Below, piece after piece: positions 20,039 to 28,282 of a stretch of 35,140 nucleotides of DNA (the first letter of the stretch is position 1; each line of letters starts with the position of its first letter). The stretch is from NCBI GenBank assembly GCA_037143955.1, contig JBAWXR010000003.1:1-35140 (forward strand), given 5' to 3'. The notes beneath the pieces were generated by a model. It had not been told where the DNA came from. It did no database searches and was given only the letters and a program-made list of their open reading frames with translations. The stretch is from Actinomycetes bacterium. GTDB lineage: Bacteria; Actinomycetota; Actinomycetes; S36-B12. The translations under genes and the position numbers were made by a program.

Positions 20039-20070
20039 GTTTGGGGGGCGGGTCTCCCCGCCCCCCAAAC
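20039..20070 (-). terminator. Perfect 14-bp GC-rich stem-loop right after the substrate-binding protein gene (mRNA stabiliser or partial terminator)
   Basis: GTTTGGGGGGCGGG-TCTC-CCCGCCCCCCAAAC; the loop reads GAGA (GNRA) on the transcribed minus strand; no U-tract follows. Confidence 0.7.
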
Positions 20071-20076
20071 CGTGCA

Positions 20077-21417
20077 CTAGCTCAGCGGCTCAACCTTGCC
20101 GCCGGTGGGGATTGCAGGTGCAAGAGAGTTCGACACGATGACCAGGTCGTAGGGGAACTGGCCTCCGTCCGTCTTGCGCCACTGTCCACCGGTCAGCGGG
20201 GTCTTGGCCACGTTTGCGACCGGGCCCTTGGACCAGTCGAGGTCGCCGACGATCGACTTGACCTGAAGCCCCGAGAGGGCCGCTGCAATGGCCTCCTTGT
20301 CGGGTCCGCCAGCCTTGATGACCGCAGCCTGCATGACCTCGAACAGCGCCTCAGAGAAGCCGATCGGCTGAGTCCACTGCTTGCCCGTCGCATCGGTGTA
20401 ACCCTGCGCGAGTTCAGCAGCTGTCTGGCCGGTCAGGCTCGAGGAGAACGGGTAGGACGGAGTCCACCACACCTCGGAGCCGAGGTTGTTGCCAAGGTCG
20501 CCCAGCGCCTCGATGGACGACGGGAAGAGCAGTGCCTTACCGATGGTCGCGATCATCGGGTTGAAGCCCTGCTGCTTGGCCTGCTTCCAGAAGTTGGTGA
20601 AGTCCGGGGGAATCGGAACACCGGTGAGGATCTGGTCGCCAGCCTTCTTGTACGCAGAGATCTGCGCGGAGAAGTCCTGCGTTCCGTTCGGGTACAGACC
20701 CGGATCAGTGAGCGTGTAGCCATTGGGCTTCAGGAAGTCAGGGAATGCGCCCTGCCACGCCTGGCCGTCGGGATCGTTCGGGAACAAGCCGCCGACCTTC
20801 TTGTTGGTCTTCAGCTGGCCCCACATGTCCTGGTAGACCGCTGCAACATCCTCAAGGCCCCAGAAGAAGTGGTAGGTGTACTTGAACGGTGTCTCGGGCT
20901 TGCCGCCACGACCGAAGAAGTACGGCTGCCACGGAGCATCGGACGTGATGCACGGGGTGGCGTTGGCCTCGCACTGATCGGCAACAGGATTGGTGGTGTC
21001 CGGTGTGCCGTGTGCCATGACGATGTCAACCCCGTCGGTGTTGATCAGTTCACCAGTGACCTCGCCGGCCCGCTTGGCATCAGACTGAGAGTCCTTCTGA
21101 ATGATCTCAACGTTGTAGGACTTGCCGCCGGCCTGGATGGGATGCGCAGCGAACCAAGCACCCATCGTGTCGACGATCCACTTATCCGGCTCACCGAAGC
21201 CAGCCAACGGACCGGTCTCGGGGGACACGAAGCCCACCTTGATCGTGCCGTCAACGGCGGGCGCCGAACCGGCGTCCGAGGCAGCGGCTTCTGAACTAGC
21301 CGGAGCCGCCGAACTCGCGGAAGATCCCGAACTGTCGAGATTGTTTCCGCAGGCGGTCACCAGCAGGGCACCGGCGGCAAGAGCCACCACTACCCCTGAG
21401 GAACGCGCAATCTTCAT
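20077..21417 (-). CDS. ABC transporter substrate-binding lipoprotein (Liv/type I periplasmic fold; probably binds an aromatic compound)
   Basis: Lipobox LVTAC, Ser/Ala linker, IKVGFVSPETGPLAGFG, KDSQSD, TPDTTNPVADQCEA; AAGGAG RBS. Confidence 0.9.
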   Translation of the reverse strand: MKIARSSGVVVALAAGALLVTACGNNLDSSGSSASSAAPASSEAAASDAGSAPAVDGTIKVGFVSPETGPLAGFGEPDKWIVDTMGAWFAAHPIQAGGKSYNVEIIQKDSQSDAKRAGEVTGELINTDGVDIVMAHGTPDTTNPVADQCEANATPCITSDAPWQPYFFGRGGKPETPFKYTYHFFWGLEDVAAVYQDMWGQLKTNKKVGGLFPNDPDGQAWQGAFPDFLKPNGYTLTDPGLYPNGTQDFSAQISAYKKAGDQILTGVPIPPDFTNFWKQAKQQGFNPMIATIGKALLFPSSIEALGDLGNNLGSEVWWTPSYPFSSSLTGQTAAELAQGYTDATGKQWTQPIGFSEALFEVMQAAVIKAGGPDKEAIAAALSGLQVKSIVGDLDWSKGPVANVAKTPLTGGQWRKTDGGQFPYDLVIVSNSLAPAIPTGGKVEPLS

Positions 21418-21574
21418 GTGCTCTCCTTCGATGCGGTTCTATGAACCGTGGCGATTCCGACACCCGCAGCGGACGTCGGCGTTTGACCGGTGGGTTGGAC
21501 CACCCTCCGGGCTGTTTTCTCCCACATTTCGGGACAGATTGCCTGCAATGTGGGAAAACCGTGATGGATTTGTG

Positions 21575-22648
21575 TCATGCCGCCTCCGGACGACTGCCGC
21601 GCGCAGCCGCGGCCAGGAGTTCGCGAACGCCCTCGACATCCACGGGACGGGGGTTCACGGGGCGGCCTTCGACCACCAGGGTCGCCGCCGCCTCTATATA
21701 CGCGGGGTCGAAGCCAACGTCGGCCAGGCTCGTGGGGGCGCCGATACGACTGGCCAGGTCCCAGATCCCCGTGGCAGCCGTGGGCGCCGCTAATCCGGCC
21801 GCACGCAAAGCGGCGATCAAAGCGGCCATGGCCTGCGGCGCAGCAGCCTCGTTGAATGCGGTCGCGTACGCGAGGACGGCCGAATGCATCGGGCCGTGCG
21901 GCAGGTCATAGGCGCCACCCAGCACATGGCAGATCTTGTGATGCACGCCCATGCCGGTGGTCCCCAGCGTCCAGCCGGCAAGCCAGGCTCCGTACAGGGC
22001 CTCGGCTCGCGCATCAATGGCGTCGGGCTGGGCAACGACCTTGGGCAACGCCACAGCAAGCGCACGCACGCCCTCTTGGGCCGTCAATACCTGAAGCGGC
22101 GACACACCGGGAGCGTAAAGGCCCTCCACCAGGTGCGCGAGCGCGTTCATGCCGCTCGCGGCGGAGATGTTCACGGGGAGGGACAACGTGAGTTCAGGGT
22201 CATAGACAACTGTCTTGGGGAGCACCTTGGGATCACGCCCCGTGACCTTGCGGTTGTTCTCCGTGAGCCCCCAGATGCTGGTCATCTCCGAGCCCGCATA
22301 GGTAGTGGGCACCGCCAGAATCGGAAGACCCGTCTCCTTCGCGACCGCCTTGGCCATGCCGGTGGACGAGCCGCCACCCAGAGCGATGAGGGAGTCGCAG
22401 CCACGAGATGCCTCGATTGCCCGAGCGGCGATAGCCACCGGCACATGCATCACCACGTCGGTGAAGCGGCCGTGCACTCGATCCCCCAGTGCATGCGCGA
22501 TGCGATCGGCATATTCGGCTTCCGGTCCGCCAGAAATAAGCAGGGCACGCGACGAACCCAGGCGCTCAAGCTCATCACCCACCTGACCAAGTGACCCCGC
22601 GCCGAAGACCACGCGGGTTGCCGGGCTGTCGTGTACGAAAGCGTCCAT
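21575..22648 (-). CDS. Maleylacetate reductase (iron-containing ADH family)
   Basis: RVVFGAG, VMHVP, ALGGGSSTG.AK, VPTTYAGSEMT, SGMNALAH, HHKICHVLGG...LPH; start ATG 22648. Confidence 0.92.
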   Translation of the reverse strand: MDAFVHDSPATRVVFGAGSLGQVGDELERLGSSRALLISGGPEAEYADRIAHALGDRVHGRFTDVVMHVPVAIAARAIEASRGCDSLIALGGGSSTGMAKAVAKETGLPILAVPTTYAGSEMTSIWGLTENNRKVTGRDPKVLPKTVVYDPELTLSLPVNISAASGMNALAHLVEGLYAPGVSPLQVLTAQEGVRALAVALPKVVAQPDAIDARAEALYGAWLAGWTLGTTGMGVHHKICHVLGGAYDLPHGPMHSAVLAYATAFNEAAAPQAMAALIAALRAAGLAAPTAATGIWDLASRIGAPTSLADVGFDPAYIEAAATLVVEGRPVNPRPVDVEGVRELLAAAARGSRPEAA

Positions 22649-22650
22649 GG

Positions 22651-23421
22651 TCAGGCCCCCGCCTGCAGAGCACGCAGCAGTCGCAGCTCGGTTGCCGTCG
22701 GCGGTTCTGTCGACATGACTTCGGGAGAAACCTTGAGCGCCCACCCCGTGGCGGCGATGGCCTCCTCTACCGTCCGGCCCGGGTGGAGTGCGGTCAGCAC
22801 GAACTCTCCGGTGACGGGATCGGGACGCATGACGCCAATGTCCGTGATGATCACCGTCGGTCCCGCACCGGTCATGCCCAACGATGCGCGCGAATTACCA
22901 CCCTTGTAGTTGCCGACGCTGGTGCGGAAGTCGAGTTGGTCCACGAAGGCACGCGCGTTCTGTCGCAGCATGATGAACGTCTGCTTGGCACTGGCGGCAA
23001 TTTCGGGAGCACCGCCTGCACCGGGAAGTCGCACCTTGGGGTGGTCGTAGTCGCCAACCACCGTCGTGTTGATGTTGCCGTACTTGTCGACCTGCGCTGC
23101 GCCGAGGAAGCCCACATCGACGCGGCCGGCTTGGAGCCAGTACGCGAAAATCTCCGGCACGGACACCACAGCATCAGCGGTCTCAGCGAGCTCCCCGTCG
23201 CCAATGGACAAGGGTGGTTTGGTGGGCTTGGCTCCGATGGTGCCGGATTCGTAGACCAGGACAGCGTTGGGAGCCTGGAGCTTCTTGGCCAGATTGGCTG
23301 CCGTGCTCGGCATCCCGATCCCCACGAAACACACAACGCCGTCGCGCAGTTCACGGGCCGCGACGATAGTCATGATCTCGTCGGTCGTGGCCTCGACTCC
23401 GGAATCAACGGTGGCGGTCAT
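22651..23421 (-). CDS. pcaJ: 3-oxoadipate CoA-transferase subunit B (CatJ/GctB type)
   Basis: FVGIG.P, VLVYESG (catalytic Glu), GFLGAAQVDKYGNINTT, RLPGAGGAPEIA; ATGA overlap with subunit A. Confidence 0.85.
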   Translation of the reverse strand: MTATVDSGVEATTDEIMTIVAARELRDGVVCFVGIGMPSTAANLAKKLQAPNAVLVYESGTIGAKPTKPPLSIGDGELAETADAVVSVPEIFAYWLQAGRVDVGFLGAAQVDKYGNINTTVVGDYDHPKVRLPGAGGAPEIAASAKQTFIMLRQNARAFVDQLDFRTSVGNYKGGNSRASLGMTGAGPTVIITDIGVMRPDPVTGEFVLTALHPGRTVEEAIAATGWALKVSPEVMSTEPPTATELRLLRALQAGA

Positions 23422-24275
23422 CGGCTGGCCACCAACTCGTTGTCGATCATGCGCAGGTGCTCCGCAAAATCGGTCGTGTCGAGTACATGGGCCTTGATCC
23501 ACGCCGTGAACGTGTCGCGGTCGCGGCTGATGGCGTCCCACGCCTTGTAGAACTCGTTGTCACGCACGTAATAGTCGTGCGCATAAGACGGGTGAGCGCC
23601 GCGCGGAACATGAGCTATCGACGTAACCACCCACGATGGAAGCCGCACAGTGCATCGAGGATCAAGGGTGTCCACGATCTCCTCGACAGTGACGATCGAC
23701 CGACTCGCCGACAGCACCGCCTCCTTCTGCACACCCTGGATGCCCCAGAGACCAACATTCCCGTCACGGTCGGCCTGCTGCGCATGAATGATCGATACGT
23801 CGGGGCGCAATGCCGGGACTGCTGTCAGCTGCTCCCCCGTGAAAGGGCACTCGATAGTCGCGATCGTGGCGGTGTGGTCGGGCAATTCGGTGCCCACGTA
23901 GCCGCGCAGAACACCGAACGGAAGCCCGCTTGCTCCAGCGACGTATCGTGCGGCCATGCCGGCGTGACTGTGCTCCTCGAGCTCGATGGCATGCGGCCAG
24001 CCTTCTTCGACCGCATCCCGGAATCGCGGCAGCGAACCGACACCGGGATTGCCACCCCACGAGAACACCATTGTGCGCACGCAGCCCATGCCAATCAGCT
24101 GGTCGTAGATGACGTCCGGAGTCATGCGGATCACCGTGAGGTCGCGGCACCCTTGGCGGATGATCTCGTGTCCGGCCGCGTAGGGGATCAGGTGTGTGAA
24201 CCCCTCCATCGCGATGCTGTCGCCATCGTGGACATTGTCAGCAATCGCCTGGGCGAGGGTCTGGAACGTGGCCAA
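23418..24275 (-). CDS. pcaI: 3-oxoadipate CoA-transferase subunit A (CatI/GctA type)
   Basis: EGFTHLIP.AAGHEIIRQ, RMTPD, FSWGGNPGVGSL, EEHSH, HAQQAD, GAHPS; TTG start 2 nt after the upstream stop. Confidence 0.85.
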   Translation of the reverse strand: MATFQTLAQAIADNVHDGDSIAMEGFTHLIPYAAGHEIIRQGCRDLTVIRMTPDVIYDQLIGMGCVRTMVFSWGGNPGVGSLPRFRDAVEEGWPHAIELEEHSHAGMAARYVAGASGLPFGVLRGYVGTELPDHTATIATIECPFTGEQLTAVPALRPDVSIIHAQQADRDGNVGLWGIQGVQKEAVLSASRSIVTVEEIVDTLDPRCTVRLPSWVVTSIAHVPRGAHPSYAHDYYVRDNEFYKAWDAISRDRDTFTAWIKAHVLDTTDFAEHLRMIDNELVASR

Positions 24276-24277
24276 GA

Positions 24278-25744
24278 TCAGCCCCGCGGGTAGAACGGTG
24301 GCAGCTGCGCATCAACGTTGATCCACACAGCCTTGGACTCGGTGTACTCCCGCATGGCCTCGAAGCCCATCTCACGCCCGTAGCCGGACGCACCGATGCC
24401 GCCGAAAGGCGAACCCGGATTAACGCGCTTGTACGAGTTGACCCAGACCATGCCCGCATGGATGTCGCGAGCCATCTTGTGTGCGCGCGAAAGATCGCGA
24501 GTCCACAGGCCACCACCCAGGCCGTAGTCGACCGAGTTGGCGATGGCCAAGGCTTCGGCGTCGGTCGAGAACGTGTGCACCGTCATAAACGGACCGAACA
24601 CTTCCTCGCACGCTACGCGCGAGGAGGGTGATGCACGCACGATCGTGGGTTCGATGTAGCACCCCTGTGCGAGCGCGGGATCCGTCGGCTGCTTGCCTCC
24701 TAGCAGGATCTCGCCACCCTCGGATGTCGCAATCTCGATGTACTTGAGCACCCGATCGCGATGCATGGTCGAGGTGAGGGGGCCCATCTCTGTCGACATG
24801 TCCTTGGGGTCACCCAGCTTGATGCTCGCCGCGAGTTCGAGGAACTTCGCCATGAACTCATCGACCACAGATTCATGAATGATGAGGCGGCTTGCGGCAA
24901 TGCATGCCTGGCCCTGATTGTGGAAGATGCCGAACGCGGTGCCATTGACGGCTGCGATCAGATTGGCATCTTCGAACACAATGTTGGCGCCCTTGCCACC
25001 CAGTTCGAGGTGTACCTGCTTGAGGGTGTCAGCCGCGTCGCGGGCGACGCCCTTGCCGACGACCGATGAGCCGGTGAACGACACCTTGGCAATACCGGGA
25101 TGCTGCACGATGCGCTCGCCTGCAGGCACGCCGTATCCGGGGATGATGTTGACGACACCGGCGGGGAAGCCAACCTCGTTCATGAGTTCGGCGACGCGCA
25201 GGGCGCTCATCGGCGTGAGATCCGAGGGCTTCATCACGACCGTATTGCCCGCGGCCAACGCCGGGCCCATTTTCCAGCTGCAGAACATGAGCGGGAAGTT
25301 CCACGGCACGATCTGGCCGATGACACCCAGCGGCTCGGGCGTGACGTAGTCCAAGAATCCTGCGTCCACCGGCACGACGGAGCCTTGGAACTTGTCAGCC
25401 ATACCGCCGAAGTAGCGGAACGTGGCAGCGGTACGCGGAACGTCCAGATTGCGCGAGTCGCGAATCGGATGGCCCGTGTCGCGGGTTTCCAGCATCGCCA
25501 GATTGTCGACATCCGCTTCGATCGCATCGGCGAGCTTGAGGAGAAGCCGACCGCGATCCATGGCCGACATGCGGCGCCAGCCGTCCTTCGCGGCTGTGGC
25601 AGCCGCCACGGCGCGATCGACGTCGGCCGCCTTCGCCTCGGCCACCTGCGCCAGCAGGGAACCATCGTGCGGATCGACGACGTCAATCGTGGAGCCGTCG
25701 AGTGAATCAACGAACTCACCGTTGATGAACAGCCGTGTCTGCAT
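24278..25744 (-). CDS. Aldehyde dehydrogenase, probable 4-hydroxymuconic semialdehyde dehydrogenase (HapE/HqdC/PnpE-like)
   Basis: PWNFP, FTGS, LELGGK, FHNQGQACIA (catalytic Cys), EEVFGP; DTGHPIRDSRNLDVPRTA and YKRVNPGSPFGG; sits immediately after the hydroquinone dioxygenase genes. Confidence 0.88.
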   Translation of the reverse strand: MQTRLFINGEFVDSLDGSTIDVVDPHDGSLLAQVAEAKAADVDRAVAAATAAKDGWRRMSAMDRGRLLLKLADAIEADVDNLAMLETRDTGHPIRDSRNLDVPRTAATFRYFGGMADKFQGSVVPVDAGFLDYVTPEPLGVIGQIVPWNFPLMFCSWKMGPALAAGNTVVMKPSDLTPMSALRVAELMNEVGFPAGVVNIIPGYGVPAGERIVQHPGIAKVSFTGSSVVGKGVARDAADTLKQVHLELGGKGANIVFEDANLIAAVNGTAFGIFHNQGQACIAASRLIIHESVVDEFMAKFLELAASIKLGDPKDMSTEMGPLTSTMHRDRVLKYIEIATSEGGEILLGGKQPTDPALAQGCYIEPTIVRASPSSRVACEEVFGPFMTVHTFSTDAEALAIANSVDYGLGGGLWTRDLSRAHKMARDIHAGMVWVNSYKRVNPGSPFGGIGASGYGREMGFEAMREYTESKAVWINVDAQLPPFYPRG

Positions 25745-25789
25745 GGGGTCCCTTGGCTCGATGAAGGTTGCGGTTGCTGCGCGAACGAA

Positions 25790-26773
25790 CTAGAACTCGA
25801 CCGGGTAGGTCGGGGTCTTGCCGCTAGCGATCATCTCGGGCAGGGCTGCGGAGTTGTTCTCCCAGACCAGAAGCATGGAGCGCTTGGGTGAATAGCCCTG
25901 GTGGCGGATGTCAGCAGGCATCGCGCTGACATCGCCGGCCTTCATGGTGACGCGTGAGCGACGGGCACCCGTGTCGCGATCCTCGACCTCCCACGTGATT
26001 TCGTCGCTGAGCTGCACGAACCACTCGACGCGATCGTTGCCGTGGATGATCGGAAGGATGTACTCCTCCGTCGTGGGGCAAAACAGCGAGTCCTTGCACT
26101 GGCTGACGACGGACGGGTTCCACGTCACGTCAGAGCGCGACAGGTACGCGAACAGATTGAACGCGGCGACCTCGTTCTCAAAGCCGGGCTCGGCTTCAAC
26201 AACTGGCTCACTCTGATCGACGTCTTTGAACATGCGATTGATGGGGAAGCCAGAACTGTCGGTACGGATCTGCTCGTCACCGGGCAGGGCCACCATGCGG
26301 CGAGCTGCGACGCGACGGCGGGTCACGGCATTGATGTTGCTGCCGTTCTTGACGCCAAATGCGGCACCGGTCTCGTGGGGTGACGCAAAAGGATCGAACG
26401 TCTCATTCGTCCAGTCAGCGAGGATCGACTTGAACGTCTCGCGGATCTTGGGAGTCTCAACGTTCTCGCTGTAGTCGAGTTCGGCCTTGCGGTAGGACTC
26501 GTTGTACCGGCCGGCGAAGATGTCGACGGTGCCGTAGTGGTTCACGGTGCCGAAGACTCCGTCGAAGTTGACGATTCCGTAGAAGAAGTCCCAGGCAACG
26601 TCGCGCTGGAGCGCGCGCAGGAACGCGTCCACACTCATGATGTGATTGCCCGTGGGCCAGGCGATGTAGGCGAAGAACTCATCGCGACGGAAACGGAACT
26701 CCCCCAGCGTGAACTCGTGGTAGCCATCCATGTTGGTGTCGGTGGACATCTGCACGTTGTCGGCGATCGTCAT
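25790..26773 (-). CDS. hqdB: Hydroquinone 1,2-dioxygenase large (beta, catalytic cupin) subunit (HqdB/HapD/PnpD-like)
   Basis: FLRAL.RDVAW.FFYG.VNFD.VFGT.NHYG, YLSRSDVTWNPSVVS, SLFCPTTEEYILP..HGNDRVEWF and MPADIRHQGYS (His-Glu-His Fe ligands), RSMLLVWEN, recognised from the HapD/PnpD family. Confidence 0.9.
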   Translation of the reverse strand: MTIADNVQMSTDTNMDGYHEFTLGEFRFRRDEFFAYIAWPTGNHIMSVDAFLRALQRDVAWDFFYGIVNFDGVFGTVNHYGTVDIFAGRYNESYRKAELDYSENVETPKIRETFKSILADWTNETFDPFASPHETGAAFGVKNGSNINAVTRRRVAARRMVALPGDEQIRTDSSGFPINRMFKDVDQSEPVVEAEPGFENEVAAFNLFAYLSRSDVTWNPSVVSQCKDSLFCPTTEEYILPIIHGNDRVEWFVQLSDEITWEVEDRDTGARRSRVTMKAGDVSAMPADIRHQGYSPKRSMLLVWENNSAALPEMIASGKTPTYPVEF

Positions 26774-26806
26774 CTCAAACTCCTTGGCGTCAGGTGAGGT
26801 GGGTGG

Positions 26807-27334
26807 TCAGGAGGTCTGGCAGATCTCGGCCCAGCGGAACAGCGTGTCCGAGCCACTGATGGTCTGTTGCATCAAGACCGAGGTGCGAGCCGCCGTGAAG
26901 CGGTACGCGGAGCCGGCGGGCAGCAGGGCTTGGTGCCCGCGGCCGAGGTGAATGCGTCCCATGCGGGCACCGGTTGGTTCACCATCGAGCTCGATAGAGC
27001 CTTCGTGATCTGGCGCCAGCGGCGACGCATCGAGCTTGACGAGCTCAACCGTGACCTCACCGTCCATGCAGACGACGAACTCATCGTGAGCGCACGTGCG
27101 CCACGAGGATGTGCCTTCGGCGCGAATGGCCTCGAGTACGTACTCCAAGTTCTTGGCTACGGCGACCTTCTCCCACGGCTTGCTCTTCGAGGCGACCTCG
27201 AAGATGTTGGAGAAGGCGTAGTGGCGGGCGTCATCGTTGATGAGCTCCACGCCGCCCTTGCTGTAGTTGTCCAGCGAGCCGAACACTGTCGTGTAGGACG
27301 AGCGCTCGACTCCGCCTCCTGCTGTGCGGCTCAC
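26807..27334 (-). CDS. hqdA: Hydroquinone 1,2-dioxygenase small (alpha) subunit (HqdA/HapC/PnpC-like)
   Basis: TVFGSLDNYSKG.VE.I...ARHYAFSNIFEVA, EKVAVAKNLEYV.E..RAEG, HDEF...MDG, GHQALLP.GSAYRF, WAEICQ; GGAGG-N5-GTG at 27334. Confidence 0.88.
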   Translation of the reverse strand: MSRTAGGGVERSSYTTVFGSLDNYSKGGVELINDDARHYAFSNIFEVASKSKPWEKVAVAKNLEYVLEAIRAEGTSSWRTCAHDEFVVCMDGEVTVELVKLDASPLAPDHEGSIELDGEPTGARMGRIHLGRGHQALLPAGSAYRFTAARTSVLMQQTISGSDTLFRWAEICQTS

Positions 27335-27358
27335 GGACACCTCCGAGTTCGATCTAAA

Positions 27359-27423
27359 GTTCGCGATGCGAACATGCGTTCGCTGTCAGAACGCATCCTT
27401 GGGAGTGTGGGGGCTGCCGTCAA
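27359..27423 (-). promoter_or_regulatory. Hydroquinone operon promoter with two tandem PcaR/IclR-type boxes
   Basis: GTTCGC-GAT-GCGAAC (27359-27373) and GTTCGCTGTCAGAAC (27378-27392), both GTTC-N7-GAAC; minus-strand TTGACG (27423-27418)-N17-AAGGAT (27400-27395) immediately upstream. Confidence 0.75.
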
Positions 27424-27496
27424 GGGGTGTTCTCCAATTCGTTGTACGCATGCCGATCACCTGTACGCCATGCGTACTTTCACCTAGCATGCCCGC

Positions 27497-28279
27497 ATGA
27501 GTGAGCCGGACGAGCGCCCCGGGGAGTTCGTTCAGTCCTTGGAACGCGGACTCTCGGTGATCCGGGCCTTCTCCCATGACCGACCGCGCATGACCCTGAG
27601 CGAGGTCGCCCGCGAAACCAACATGACGCGTGCGGCCGCCCGCCGATTCCTGCTCACCCTCGAGCATCTGGGCTACGTCGGGTCCGATGGCCGGCAGTTC
27701 TTCCTGCGGCCCAGCGTGCTGCAGTTGGGCTATGCGTACCTGTCCTCGTTCAGCGTTGCCGAGATCGCCCAGGACCATCTGGAGCGACTTGCCGAGAGAC
27801 TGCACGAGTCCTGCTCCGCGTCGGTGCTTGACGAAGCAGAAGTCGTCTACATCGCGCGCGCATCAACAAATCGCATCATGACCATCGGACTATCCGTCGG
27901 GGCTCGACTTCCCGCGCACTGCACATCCATGGGGCGTGTGCTGCTTGCCGCTCTCACCCCGAAGGAGCTTGATCGCTATCTCGCCCGCGCGGATCTGGCT
28001 GCTCGCACCGATCGCACCATCACGGGGGCAGGCGCATTGCGCAAGGAGCTCGATGTCGTGCGTAAGCAGGGGTGGTGCCTCATCGATCAGGAACTTGAAG
28101 ACGGTGTGCGCTCCGTCGCGGTCCCTATCCAGGATGCGCAGGGCCGAGTACTCGCTGCCATCAACGTCAGCACGCACGCGACCCGAGTCACCTTGCCGAC
28201 GTTGCGCGATGACTTTCTGCCTCAACTCATCGCGTGCGCGCGCGAGATCGACGAGGATCTCGCCGGCGGGCGACACTGA
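27497..28279 (+). CDS. pcaR: IclR-family transcriptional regulator, PcaR/PobR subfamily
   Basis: FVQSLERGLSVIRAF, TLSEVA...TRAAARRFLLTL..LGY, LGYAYLSS, VGARLPAHCTSMGRVLLA, DQELEDGVRSVAVP; TAGCAT-N6-ATG suggests a leaderless transcript. Confidence 0.9.
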   Translation: MSEPDERPGEFVQSLERGLSVIRAFSHDRPRMTLSEVARETNMTRAAARRFLLTLEHLGYVGSDGRQFFLRPSVLQLGYAYLSSFSVAEIAQDHLERLAERLHESCSASVLDEAEVVYIARASTNRIMTIGLSVGARLPAHCTSMGRVLLAALTPKELDRYLARADLAARTDRTITGAGALRKELDVVRKQGWCLIDQELEDGVRSVAVPIQDAQGRVLAAINVSTHATRVTLPTLRDDFLPQLIACAREIDEDLAGGRH

Positions 28280-28282
28280 CGA

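Noticed and set aside
19906-21294. 462-aa plus-strand ORF (also 18530-19693, 22591-23550, 23457-24293 and similar)
   Set aside because: Antisense shadows of well-supported minus-strand genes; expected in high-GC DNA and carrying no recognisable motifs.
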